From the IMG/VR virus record IMGVR_UViG_3300036987_000130, positions 1 to 53,780 of that record: a stretch of DNA of 53,780 nucleotides, one strand, 5' to 3'. Below are positions 9,757 to 19,177 of the stretch, one piece after another. A program made the translations under genes and the position numbers. Under the pieces are notes generated by a model, which saw only the letters and a list, made by a program, of their open reading frames with translations, had not been told where the DNA came from and did no database searches. This DNA comes from a virus. Its lineage: Duplodnaviria > Caudoviricetes. The first letter of the stretch is position 1. Every line of letters begins with the position of its first letter.

Positions 9757-10188
9757 TTATGCGATGTCCAGCTCCGGCGCTTGAATCTGAAACGAAAAAC
9801 CATCAGGAGTCGTGAAATCAGCCCCGAAATCAACACACGCCGCCACGGGTTTATTGGCATGAGTATCGTTATAGATAACGGCTGAACCGGTCGGGCCAAT
9901 ATCCCCGCCATTTGCCGTCCAGGTGGCATCACTCCAAATCGTTGTGGCCTTATCGGTAGAATCATTCTCCGTGACCGCAACTCCCGCCAGAACCTTTGCG
10001 TTTTGCGTGTACCCGAAACCCGTTGAAAGCTGGTTGGCAGTCACATCGGCCAGCAGGGCATGGGTGTCCTTGTCAAACGCAAACGCCGAGTCCATGAGGA
10101 TTATTTTGTAAACGTCTGACGACTCATCAATCTGCTTGGTTTTCAACAGGTATTTGTAATGATTCGGAACTGTCGTAATAACGGCCAT
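9757..10188 (-). CDS. Small virion structural/adaptor protein
   Basis: Paralogue of 1900..2337; located just downstream of the tape-measure region. Confidence 0.7.
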   Translation of the reverse strand: MAVITTVPNHYKYLLKTKQIDESSDVYKIILMDSAFAFDKDTHALLADVTANQLSTGFGYTQNAKVLAGVAVTENDSTDKATTIWSDATWTANGGDIGPTGSAVIYNDTHANKPVAACVDFGADFTTPDGFSFQIQAPELDIA

Positions 10189-10200
10189 TGTGCTTCCCCC

Positions 10201-10545
10201 TTAATCCTGCGTTAATTTTTCCTTCACCAAAAACGTAATCCTGATTTCCCGCATCTTAACCGCAAGAGAGCTGATCGCCCCCAGAAAGACGCCCTCGCTG
10301 CAAGTCAGTGTAACCACCAAAGATTGCAGGGCGATCCTTCTCAATACGGCCTCAATTGCCTCTGCGACATCTTTTGCGACCAATGTCATCGTCCGGTCTG
10401 AATGGGAGCAACCCGACATCGAAAGGACTGAACCCCCGTCGAGAGTAGCCGTCCGGCTGATCCGGGGCAGAATGTCCCCGTAATTGGTTTCTTTGACTGA
10501 TTCGTTGATGACCACAGACTCTGTTCCGCAAGCGATTGATATCAT
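10201..10545 (-). CDS. Putative distal tail protein
   Basis: Immediately follows the tape measure; has RISRTATLDGG motif and distal-tail-like size. Confidence 0.55.
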   Translation of the reverse strand: MISIACGTESVVINESVKETNYGDILPRISRTATLDGGSVLSMSGCSHSDRTMTLVAKDVAEAIEAVLRRIALQSLVVTLTCSEGVFLGAISSLAVKMREIRITFLVKEKLTQD

Positions 10546-10558
10546 TTAGCCGCCTTTT

Positions 10559-13480
10559 TTAACTGATCCCCAATAAAAAGTTGGCCGCATCCTCGTTGGC
10601 CTTGATCTGGACCTTCTGCAATATCTGCCACATGATCATTTCAAGCGCAGGCTCAAGCCCGGTAGAGTCAATTTTTATCAGGCCCTTTCCCGCCAGCATC
10701 ATTGATTCCCTTTTTTCGATGATGCTTATCTGCGCTTCTATCAATTCTTTTTCCAGGTCAAAGCTCTCCTGTTGTATTTTCATGGCCTGTTCGAGCGCCT
10801 TTTTCCACTCCCTGGCCCCAAAATCGAACTCGGACTTCGGCACGTTATCGAACAAGCCCTCAATCTCACCGGAGACAGAATCAATCGTTGACGCGACCGC
10901 AGAAAACATCGACTTGATTTGCTCGGTTTCAGCCTCGACCCTGGATATGTCCAGCTTGGCGGTCCACTCCATCGCGGACTGCAAATTCTCAGAATTAGCC
11001 TTGATCATCGCAAGTTCTTTGTCGATTTCCCCCTGCAACTTGATTTCCAGCATCTTCTCAGTCGGGATTTCTTTCAGGGCCTCCTGCGTTTCCTTCATGG
11101 ACTTTTCATCGACGCCGACATTAACCCATGTCGTTGTTCCATCCGGATTGATGACCTTTTTCATCTCGCTGGTGAACTTGGAAACGGACTCCTTGCTCAA
11201 GTCTATCGAAATAGTTGCAATATCCGGCTTTGAAATCTCGCTCATGAACTGGCTGACATATGCTTCGTTCTCAATACTCGCTTGAACGGTTAGGGCGGTA
11301 AGCGTCGGAAGCCCCTCTATTTTCAGGGCGACATCATCAATCTGTTTCGCGTCCGTAACCAGTTCCAAAAACGTAGTGGGCGGGAACGCCTCAAACTGAA
11401 ACCTCAACTCATTTAGCTTTGCCTTCGCGTCCTCAGTCTCGGTTTTCGCCTCAACGGAAAAATCTTCCGGGAACGACAGCACGCACCGGTTCAGCTCGGC
11501 AACTTCGTCTATGGCAGTATCGAAATCCGTTTCAAACATGAACCTTTTGACTTCGGGAAGATCGTGTATCGAATCTTTGAAGGCGTCCAGCTTCTCTTTC
11601 GCGGCCAGTCCATCAGCGGACGTGTCTTTCAACATCTGGTCGAAGCTGTCCATCGCATCCTCGGCCTCGATGACCTTTGAAACAAGCTCATACGCCCCGG
11701 CTCCCAGGGCGACCACGGCTGCGCCAGCGGCAATTGCGCCAGCAGCCGGTAACGCTCCAAGTGCAAAGCCCAGCTTGCCTATTGTTGCGACCGCATTCAG
11801 GGCGAGCGCACCAGAGAGGATGTTCATCGCAGGCGCCAGACTATTTAAGGCAGATACAGCGGCATTGACCCCCTGACCAAAACCTAAAACCTTCCCGGTC
11901 AATTCCTGTGTCGAGCTGTCCGACCTTAATGCCTCGTTCGCCAGCTCAGTCATCTTTTCAATGAAAGGCTTTAACCCCTCCACTATCCCCTTGCTGACAT
12001 TCATCAGGACCGTTACGCCGTCCACGACCTTCTGTATCGCTGAGGCCAAACCTTCAGGAGTTCCAAGGTCTATATTTCCAAACATAACCTTAAAAATGTC
12101 TTGAAAGGCCCCGCCCAAGTTTTCGAAACTTTTAACCAGTTCGCTATAATCAATCATCGCCAGGGCTTCTGGGAGAGACTTCGCAATGCCCCTGAACAGC
12201 ACCCCCATGTCAACGCCCAGCTTGTTAATCAAATCAAATATCGGACTAAATGACCCGGCATCTATTTCTCGCACCAGGGAGCTAAAGGCTTCCGACAGGC
12301 CACCGCCCCCGGCAATCACCCCTTTTTTTACTGACTCACCGATTGAAAGCCCGATAGCCTCTAAGGAGGATTCAATAATCTTGATAGTATTCTTCATGCT
12401 ACCTTCGATTCTGTCCGCCATATCAACCGTGACGCCGCCCAAACTGCGGATTGTATCCTCAAGCGCCTTGACTGCCCCCTCTCCCTGTTGTAAAAGGGCT
12501 GCCATCTGAGGCCCGCCGCGCTTGCCAAAGATCGCTGTCGCAGCGGCCGTCTGATCCATCTGGTCGGGCATCCTCCCCAAGCCAGCCATGATATCGGTCA
12601 AGATATCCGGGAAAGCCCGCATATTCCCCGTGGACTCATCTTTAACAACAACACCAAGGGTTTTTAGCGCGGTTTTTGCACTTTCCAGGTTGAGCCCAAG
12701 CTCGTTGGTATCGACCCCTAACTTCGTAAACAACTTGCCCGCATTATCTGTGGGGGCAATCAGCGCCAGCAGGATATTCCGGAGCGCCGTGCCTCCCATT
12801 TCCCCTTTAAAACCGGCATCGGCCAGCTTCCCCAGAACGGCGGCAGTGGCCTCGACATCCATGCCCAGAGCATTTGCAATGGGGGACACCATTTTCATGC
12901 CCTCACCCAACTGCGTAACGCTCGTCCTTGAATTGTTGGCCGTCGCCAAAATCGCGTCCGTAACCCGCTCAAGATCACCGACTGTCAGCCCGAAGTTCCC
13001 CATGGAATTCAAGGCAATATCAGCCGCCACCGAGACATCAATCATCGCGCCCTGGGCGAACTTCAAGACAATGGGCAGGGCCGTCATAGCATCATCGGCC
13101 TTGACCCCGGCAGTCGCCAGCACCAGTAACCCATCAGCCGCTTGTTGAGCCGTGTACTGAGTCGTGGCCCCAAGAGTCCGAGTAAGGGTCGTTAGCCGGT
13201 CATATTCCTCAGCCGAGGTCCCCATGACGCCAGATACGCGAAGCATGACCTGTTCGTAATTCGCATAGGCATTGACCGAAAGGACCAAGCCACCGACCGC
13301 AATTGCAGCCAGCGCAAGGTCCAGCTTTTCAACGCCGCTGGCCATATTCGCCAATGGCTGAGTGGCAGATTCGAGTTTCCCAGAAAAAGCCCCCATTGTT
13401 CCGGAAATGGAATCCACAGTCCCGCTTATTTCATCGACTCCCTTGAACAAAATCGAAACTGTTTTCTGTAAATCAGCCAC
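10559..13480 (-). CDS. Tail tape measure protein (TP901-type core)
   Basis: 973-aa Ala/Gly-rich helical protein with TQYTAQQAADGL.LATAG, N.SRTSV.QLGE and G.KGEMGGTALRN motifs; follows the tail chaperone. Confidence 0.93.
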   Translation of the reverse strand: MADLQKTVSILFKGVDEISGTVDSISGTMGAFSGKLESATQPLANMASGVEKLDLALAAIAVGGLVLSVNAYANYEQVMLRVSGVMGTSAEEYDRLTTLTRTLGATTQYTAQQAADGLLVLATAGVKADDAMTALPIVLKFAQGAMIDVSVAADIALNSMGNFGLTVGDLERVTDAILATANNSRTSVTQLGEGMKMVSPIANALGMDVEATAAVLGKLADAGFKGEMGGTALRNILLALIAPTDNAGKLFTKLGVDTNELGLNLESAKTALKTLGVVVKDESTGNMRAFPDILTDIMAGLGRMPDQMDQTAAATAIFGKRGGPQMAALLQQGEGAVKALEDTIRSLGGVTVDMADRIEGSMKNTIKIIESSLEAIGLSIGESVKKGVIAGGGGLSEAFSSLVREIDAGSFSPIFDLINKLGVDMGVLFRGIAKSLPEALAMIDYSELVKSFENLGGAFQDIFKVMFGNIDLGTPEGLASAIQKVVDGVTVLMNVSKGIVEGLKPFIEKMTELANEALRSDSSTQELTGKVLGFGQGVNAAVSALNSLAPAMNILSGALALNAVATIGKLGFALGALPAAGAIAAGAAVVALGAGAYELVSKVIEAEDAMDSFDQMLKDTSADGLAAKEKLDAFKDSIHDLPEVKRFMFETDFDTAIDEVAELNRCVLSFPEDFSVEAKTETEDAKAKLNELRFQFEAFPPTTFLELVTDAKQIDDVALKIEGLPTLTALTVQASIENEAYVSQFMSEISKPDIATISIDLSKESVSKFTSEMKKVINPDGTTTWVNVGVDEKSMKETQEALKEIPTEKMLEIKLQGEIDKELAMIKANSENLQSAMEWTAKLDISRVEAETEQIKSMFSAVASTIDSVSGEIEGLFDNVPKSEFDFGAREWKKALEQAMKIQQESFDLEKELIEAQISIIEKRESMMLAGKGLIKIDSTGLEPALEMIMWQILQKVQIKANEDAANFLLGIS

Positions 13481-13483
13481 TTG

Positions 13484-13666
13484 TCACTTGTCCCCTCTTT
13501 GGTTTTTTTCCTGGTAATACCTTGCCCAGATTGCCAACTCCCGATAAGTCAGGAAACCTTCCGGGAAAACGTCCGGCCTTGCTTCGTATAAAAAACGCCC
13601 TCTCAGGTCGCACAGCATCAAACTTGCTTTGATGTCATCCCGTTCCCAGAGGGCGTCTGTTTTCCC
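13484..13666 (-). CDS. -1 frameshift extension of the tail chaperone (gpGT-like)
   Basis: Slippery GGGAAAA at 13666-13660. The -1 frame is open (GKTDALWERDD...GFLTYRELAIWARYYQEK...*) to TGA at 13484, 3 nt before the tape measure start. Confidence 0.8.
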   Translation of the reverse strand, partial: GKTDALWERDDIKASLMLCDLRGRFLYEARPDVFPEGFLTYRELAIWARYYQEKNQRGDK

Positions 13667-14058
13667 ACGACTTGGCCCTGGCCTGTAAGCTCAATAATTT
13701 TCCCGGTTAAAATCCTGAACTCAATCGGAAAGACCTCGTTGAGCTTTGTCGCCATGTCAAGGTCGCATACCGGATCAACACTTCCGACCATCAAATATTC
13801 GATTCGTTTCGCGACCTCTTGCGGAACATAATCGGTCGGGGTCTCGTCTTTCTTTTTCACTAAAAGGTCTTGAAGGATTTCTGTTAAATTCTTCCGGCTG
13901 TCCGCCATTTCATTGCACCGGCCTAATTCATTCCCGGATAGCCCTCTGACCTTCCACACCGGAGCACCTTCAAACCATTCCGCCATCGCCGGTACTGAAA
14001 TATCCTCAGTCCGGAACTCCATCTTTGCCTTTTCAAACTCATTTTTTTTAAATGCCAT
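13618..14058 (-). CDS. Tail assembly chaperone (gpG-like)
   Basis: Lies just upstream of the tape measure and ends just after a G-GGA-AAA slippery site. Start taken at MAFKK; an alternative is 14082. Confidence 0.8.
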   Translation of the reverse strand: MAFKKNEFEKAKMEFRTEDISVPAMAEWFEGAPVWKVRGLSGNELGRCNEMADSRKNLTEILQDLLVKKKDETPTDYVPQEVAKRIEYLMVGSVDPVCDLDMATKLNEVFPIEFRILTGKIIELTGQGQVVGKQTPSGNGMTSKQV

Positions 14059-14150
14059 CCTGATTCCTTTATCCATGGGCATTGCCGCCTGATACCGCCT
14101 GAGTTGACCCAGGACGGGCGATCTATGTCCGGGGCATATGACACCATGCC

Positions 14151-14807
14151 TTAAATTGATCCCGTTGCGCCCAGTTTGCGAAAAACCTCCGTAATTCCCT
14201 CATCGACGTTGGTCAGAAAGATCGTTTGCGCCTGAATCCTGACCGGCTCAAAAACTTTATCGGAAGCGTAGATGTCCTGAATCCTGGGGCCGTCCAACCG
14301 TTCAATCGGATAACGATAACTGCGGGGCAACTTGTTGTATGCCATCCGCGGATTCCAGGCTCGACCCCCCTTGTAAGACCGCCAGAAAATGTTCACCACG
14401 GCCCCGGCTTTGGAATGGATCGTTGTTGCCGCGAAAGCATGCTTGATGGTTTTGTATCCCCCGGCCCTTTTGACCTTGACTGAGACATTGGACGTTGCAC
14501 CGGTCTTGATATTCCCCGTCCACCTCGCCCCATAAGATACCAGTCCGATAGGAGCACCTTTTGAATAGACACCACCACCGGTCCGGGCCAAAGTTGCATT
14601 GAGGATCCAAAAGTCCTGCTTGATCCTGGCCGCCGTCAGATTCAGCTCGTTTCCGATACGGGCAACGGCCTGAGTCTGAACGGTTGACAGGGTTCTATTG
14701 ATAGCCGTTTTCATGGCCGCTTCGTATCCGTTCTTGATACCAGACAAAGCGGCCTTGGCATCAGCCAATTGAGCCGAATCAATTTGGAGTTCAAACCTCG
14801 CCCCCAT
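14151..14807 (-). CDS. Minor tail/tail completion protein (lambda gpZ-like)
   Basis: A..TAINRT...IKHAF...RYPIERLDGP motifs; ATG coupled to the upstream stop (TAATG). Confidence 0.8.
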   Translation of the reverse strand: MGARFELQIDSAQLADAKAALSGIKNGYEAAMKTAINRTLSTVQTQAVARIGNELNLTAARIKQDFWILNATLARTGGGVYSKGAPIGLVSYGARWTGNIKTGATSNVSVKVKRAGGYKTIKHAFAATTIHSKAGAVVNIFWRSYKGGRAWNPRMAYNKLPRSYRYPIERLDGPRIQDIYASDKVFEPVRIQAQTIFLTNVDEGITEVFRKLGATGSI

Positions 14808-15814
14808 TATGATGCCACTCGGTTTCCTGCCACTTCCGCCGAGATCGTACATTCCGCCATGATGGCCGCACCCGCCGGGTACTGCTCCACGATTCCCAGA
14901 TATCCCTGGCTGAGAATGTACGGAGCTTTCAACCGGTCGGGCTTGAACTTGAACCACAGCTTCATGCCTTCCTCGGACAAAAGGCCGTCGGTGACGCCAT
15001 CGTTCAGGTACGCCTTGAACCCGCCTTGACCCAACGCGGACGAAACGGCCCCGATTGCGCCGCCGTAAATCTGAGTTGAGGATACGGACTTGGAGTTGGC
15101 GGGTCTCTTGAAATCACTTGACTTCGGGACCGTCGCCAGCGCCGGGGTATAGTAAAGAGCAAAAACCTTTTTGGCCGCCCCCCCGGTATGGTTCAACATG
15201 GGGGCGGATGAAAATGTAATCCCCGCTACGCCCATAATCCCGTTGACAACCCGCACATATTCGTTTTCGTAGGTCGGAAAATTCGCCATTTCCCGGTGGG
15301 TATTGGGGATGCTCTTGACCTCAGACGCCAGAACGGGAGCCGCCGAAATCGAGCCAAATCGGACCTGGGCGATTTCCACTGCATCCACATCAATAACGGG
15401 CGGCCCGCCGCTTGCGCCGCGTTCCTCTGAAAAAGCGGTATGGGCAGTCCCGCTGACAACCGCAATGGCCCCAAGCGACGTAATTGTGATTGAATTGATC
15501 CGGCAAATATTGGCAGCCGCACCACGCAAACACACCTTGTTCGGCCCCGCAGTAACGGTTGTGACAACGCCATTGAGGTTCAGGGTTCCACCTGATACAT
15601 CCACAAGGTCATCAGTTCCAGCCGCCGCCGGGGATACAGCCAGACCCGTCAGGACTCCATTCGGCTTGACATCCGGGTTGTACCCAGACCTGTCAGACCA
15701 TAGTTCAGCCGCTGAGTTGTATTTCAGGTGATCGCCCGAATCGGTCAAGGCCACCATAGGGACCAGCGTTTGGCCTGCCTCATAATATAAAATCGCATTA
15801 TCTGCACTCGGCAT
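14807..15814 (-). CDS. Putative major tail tube protein with an extra domain
   Basis: Follows the terminator-like gene; beta-rich C-terminal half ending in ECTISAE. Confidence 0.65.
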   Translation of the reverse strand: MPSADNAILYYEAGQTLVPMVALTDSGDHLKYNSAAELWSDRSGYNPDVKPNGVLTGLAVSPAAAGTDDLVDVSGGTLNLNGVVTTVTAGPNKVCLRGAAANICRINSITITSLGAIAVVSGTAHTAFSEERGASGGPPVIDVDAVEIAQVRFGSISAAPVLASEVKSIPNTHREMANFPTYENEYVRVVNGIMGVAGITFSSAPMLNHTGGAAKKVFALYYTPALATVPKSSDFKRPANSKSVSSTQIYGGAIGAVSSALGQGGFKAYLNDGVTDGLLSEEGMKLWFKFKPDRLKAPYILSQGYLGIVEQYPAGAAIMAECTISAEVAGNRVAS

Positions 15815-15825
15815 TGATATCCTCC

Positions 15826-16353
15826 TTAAGCCAACAATTGGGAATATGGATTCCCGTAAAGGTAATTGTATTTGATTTCCAAATTTATCTTCGTTCCAAC
15901 AGCCAATTCGCCCGTGTCCGGGTAATTGTCAGTCCCCCCCGACTCATACAAAACGACATCGGCAAGAGGCGTGACGGTTCTCCCGAAAACCAGTTGCAGT
16001 AAATCCCCAAGCAGCCTTTCGGCTACAACAGACGGGTGCTCACTCCCAAACAGGGCCATTGTTTCAATCCCCATTTTCATAGAGCAATAATGGCTCGAAT
16101 ATTTATACTCGTTCGCAACCTCAATCCCCGGCCAAACAATGATACAGGGCAAATCATCAGGCAGGACGCTTTTCCGACATCTGAAAACCTTCAAACCGCT
16201 GTCGGTATGGAATCCATTCTTCACAAGCAGCCCCCTCAGCGCCGCTTCAAAGGCTGTAATAATTCTCTCCCGGATAGTGACCGCCACGATTGCGTTGATA
16301 TCCCCCAGAGAGGAAACCCGCGCAACAGGGGCAACGATCAAAGTGTTCGTCAT
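15826..16353 (-). CDS. Tail terminator protein (gpU-like)
   Basis: TIRERII..F...L...NGF.TD.G..VFR...DDLPCIIVW pattern and position. Confidence 0.7.
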   Translation of the reverse strand: MTNTLIVAPVARVSSLGDINAIVAVTIRERIITAFEAALRGLLVKNGFHTDSGLKVFRCRKSVLPDDLPCIIVWPGIEVANEYKYSSHYCSMKMGIETMALFGSEHPSVVAERLLGDLLQLVFGRTVTPLADVVLYESGGTDNYPDTGELAVGTKINLEIKYNYLYGNPYSQLLA

Positions 16354-16667
16354 AGCTCCACCACCGTAAACTTGATAATCTGCCCGTCATTCTCCACGGG
16401 GACCTCAAGCCGGAATCTCCCCCCGTTGACTTCAATTACGTCGCCACTCTCCGGAGGCATCCCCGTGAACTCGGATAATAAAAGTTCGATGGTTCTTTGT
16501 TGCGACCACGTTTCGGAACTCAGCCCGCTGGGTTGCGGTTGCAGCGAGCTTGACGGCAGGGCATGAACCTCAAAAGATGCACCCGTCGCCGGGACGAACA
16601 TTGCGAGATCGCCAAGGGCAATAAATATCTTTAGGTTCGCCCGGAGAAAAATTTCATTCGGAGTCAT
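16350..16667 (-). CDS. Head-tail joining protein (gpFII-like)
   Basis: ~105 aa with P..GDVIEVNG..F...ENDG; position after the capsid gene. Confidence 0.7.
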   Translation of the reverse strand: MTPNEIFLRANLKIFIALGDLAMFVPATGASFEVHALPSSSLQPQPSGLSSETWSQQRTIELLLSEFTGMPPESGDVIEVNGGRFRLEVPVENDGQIIKFTVVEL

Positions 16668-17101
16668 CACTGGCCCCCCTCGACAGGTAAAAAATCGAGC
16701 TCGACCAGCTCCCCATGAATCAAGACAATAGAAAAACCGGTGCAATAAAAATTCGCAAGGCCCTCTATTGACACCAGCCGGCCATTCACCGTAAACGGAT
16801 ATTCGTCGAACTTGACGGTATCCACGGACAGGATAGCTGTCCCGCTGAGTCCAGGCCCAAAGGGTCCAGGAATAAACGCGACCTCATACTTGACGCTATC
16901 AATAATGACCTCGCAAGACCTATCTGCAAGGTCGTTGCAGGGGCTTTCCTGCGCCAATAAAGAATCAGTCATGACCGCCATCAACAGTAAACAAACGACC
17001 ACCATGAGAACCCAGGACCAAACAGCCCGCTTAAGCCATTTCCCGGAAACCGTTCCTGAACCTGGGGCCACGCCATAATCTCCGTATCTGTATGTAGTCA
17101 T
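16667..17101 (-). CDS. Exported/membrane-anchored protein of unknown function
   Basis: Hydrophobic stretch WSWVLMVVVCLLLMAVM followed by LLA/QESP; G-rich RBS before the ATG at 17101. Confidence 0.65.
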   Translation of the reverse strand: MTTYRYGDYGVAPGSGTVSGKWLKRAVWSWVLMVVVCLLLMAVMTDSLLAQESPCNDLADRSCEVIIDSVKYEVAFIPGPFGPGLSGTAILSVDTVKFDEYPFTVNGRLVSIEGLANFYCTGFSIVLIHGELVELDFLPVEGGQ

Positions 17102-17135
17102 TCTTCCCCCCCCTTCTTCTTTACTCGACAAATAA

Positions 17136-17160
17136 GCCGGGGCCGAAATCGCCCCGGACT
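17136..17160 (-). terminator. Stem-loop after the capsid gene
   Basis: CCGGGGC-GATTTCG-GCCCCGG followed by CTTATTT on the minus strand. Confidence 0.5.
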
Positions 17161-17161
17161 G

Positions 17162-18172
17162 TTAATTCGAGCTGAACACCCTGACCAGCAGGGACGGGCG
17201 ATAGCAAATAGGCAGCGGATTGCTCTGGATATGCAGATCAATCCCTCGGTTGAACTTCCGCGCCTCTTGCTTGGCATACAGCGGCAATCCGATCGTATTG
17301 GCCGTTTCAATGAAATCAGCCGGGGAATAGACGGTCTGGAAAGTTTCCATCGTTCCCTCCGGGAAAGCGTGGCCGTCGCCGCTGGCAATGAATCGCCGCG
17401 AAACGCCTTCTTTGTCGGTTGCGGTTCCACGGTATTCCTCGAACAATACCCCACCAAACGAAAAGCCCTTGCGGACATCTTCACCCAACATGGCTTTGGC
17501 ATTGGATGTATTTTTGAAAACGTCCTTGACCGTCGTGTGGGCGACCAGCTTGTCGAAAAACTCCGCACTGACAAGACACCGGACCCCGCTCATGACCTCG
17601 CCCTGGAGGTTGTCTTCAATGTGCCGAACAAGGTCCATGCACTTGTTCCGGACGTCGGTTGTGTTGGTCCCCAGAACGAAATCAATGGACTTCGCCGCGA
17701 TCCCGAATTCGGTATAAAGGTTGTAAAGGACCGCTCCGTCAGCATCCAGGATGATGCCCTTCAAGGCACCCATGCGTAAATGCTCAAGGGTGATCGCAAA
17801 CTTGTTCTTTGCGGTTTGAAGGTGGTTGTTCATGACCTGGGCAACGGTCATGGCCTGGTTTTCAGTCCCAAACGCCCGGACTCCTTCATACTCGGACGGC
17901 AGGATGACATCATCCATGGGGATGTGCGGAACCATGAGGGACCGGACGTTTCTTTTCCCCATTTTGTTTTGGGTTCCTGGCGCTCCCACGGGGAGAGTCG
18001 GTAAAAGGTTGAGAACTCCATTTTGTTCCTCAACAATAACTGTCCTGGTCGTGATCCCCTTGTCAGGCATCAATCCAAGCTCTCGGACCCGCCCATAATT
18101 ATTGGGCAGGAGATTGATGGATTGAGTAAGGGAAACAAGACTGTACGCATCAGTTTCGAACGGATTAAGCAT
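17162..18172 (-). CDS. Major capsid protein (lambda gpE family)
   Basis: 336 aa; LT.SINLLP, PHIP.DD.I.P.E..GVRAFG, TLEHLRMGALKG, QSNPLPIC.RP motifs. Confidence 0.93.
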   Translation of the reverse strand: MLNPFETDAYSLVSLTQSINLLPNNYGRVRELGLMPDKGITTRTVIVEEQNGVLNLLPTLPVGAPGTQNKMGKRNVRSLMVPHIPMDDVILPSEYEGVRAFGTENQAMTVAQVMNNHLQTAKNKFAITLEHLRMGALKGIILDADGAVLYNLYTEFGIAAKSIDFVLGTNTTDVRNKCMDLVRHIEDNLQGEVMSGVRCLVSAEFFDKLVAHTTVKDVFKNTSNAKAMLGEDVRKGFSFGGVLFEEYRGTATDKEGVSRRFIASGDGHAFPEGTMETFQTVYSPADFIETANTIGLPLYAKQEARKFNRGIDLHIQSNPLPICYRPSLLVRVFSSN

Positions 18173-18226
18173 TGGATTTCTCCTTATTTGGTAAACAAAA
18201 TTATGTTATAAATTAGCAGGGATCTA

Positions 18227-19132
18227 TTATGCCGCTTCCCTTGCAACAATCCCTTTGTCATAAAGCTGCGCGAGAGCTTCGGCTATCTGAGCGACAGTTA
18301 TGCCGGAAGGCCATATCAAATTATCAGAAATAACCTGGGCATCCCTTACAATCGCAACAGACTGAACATCCGGGCTATAGGTCGCCGTATTTCCACCGAT
18401 TGAACAGATGTTGGCCTGGGCCACAGAATCAAGATTTTCAGACTGGAACGTGCCAGCCTGGTTGTCTAAAATCAAAACGCCCGCAGCATCGCCACCCGCG
18501 AACGTCCCGCCCGTCAGGGTGAAGGACACAATCTGAGCCGTTGCGCCGCTGGTCGCACCGGTCAATATCGTCCCCGGCAACAGGGGCAAAACTCCGCCGG
18601 AGGTGTAAGCGATAAACCGCTTGGAATCATCCGTTGCGACTGCATCTTGAACGAGGATGCCATAAGCATCTTCTGACCCATCAACCCCGGACAAATTCAA
18701 CTCCTTGACCTTCCCGGAGCCAGCCGCGACCGTAACCGAAAAGGAATCGCCAACAATAAAATCCGTTGCGTCGGTAATGGTGAAATTAATCTGGTCATTG
18801 ACATAAGCCACGGTCGCCGTCGCTTCGGGCAGGGCGTTTCCGTCGGGGTCCTTCACTTCAAACGTCCCCTTGTTCGTCACGGCCGCGATACAGACCATCG
18901 TGTAAGTGCCGAGCTTGGTTTTTCTGCCGCCAGAAACCGATTGCATAACACCGGTCCCGGTATTGGACCCAGCCGTTCCGGTCGTCGGAACAGAATGTTT
19001 GATCTTCCCGACCACAGCGCCCATGCCCAGCACCTGCCCCGCAAGCACGGTAACAATCTCACGAGAGTGATTGTTTTCCATTTCCCACGCGAGCACCTCA
19101 TTTAAGTACTTCCCTTCTGCTAAAACTCCCAT
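18227..19132 (-). CDS. Head decoration protein (gpD-like) with inserted domains
   Basis: SRE.VTV..G..L..GAVVGKI, DGSE.A.GIL and A.VRDAQV....L.WP core split by two insertions. Confidence 0.82.
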   Translation of the reverse strand: MGVLAEGKYLNEVLAWEMENNHSREIVTVLAGQVLGMGAVVGKIKHSVPTTGTAGSNTGTGVMQSVSGGRKTKLGTYTMVCIAAVTNKGTFEVKDPDGNALPEATATVAYVNDQINFTITDATDFIVGDSFSVTVAAGSGKVKELNLSGVDGSEDAYGILVQDAVATDDSKRFIAYTSGGVLPLLPGTILTGATSGATAQIVSFTLTGGTFAGGDAAGVLILDNQAGTFQSENLDSVAQANICSIGGNTATYSPDVQSVAIVRDAQVISDNLIWPSGITVAQIAEALAQLYDKGIVAREAA

Positions 19133-19177
19133 AAATCCCCCTTTTTTCTTTAATCCGCTTGTTAAATCCGGTTATCG

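Noticed and set aside
10581-13148. Long plus-strand ORFs opposite the tape measure (also 37183-37902, 38121-38903, 50584-51300)
   Set aside because: Antisense shadows of well-supported minus-strand genes, with no motifs or initiation signals.
14060-14150. Possible structured RNA between the gpZ-like and chaperone genes
   Set aside because: Only short 4-5 bp stems; not distinguishable from chance by eye.
18184-18211. dif-like Xer site (TTATGTTATA)
   Set aside because: Only a partial XerD-like arm; the XerC arm is poor and the context is AT-rich.
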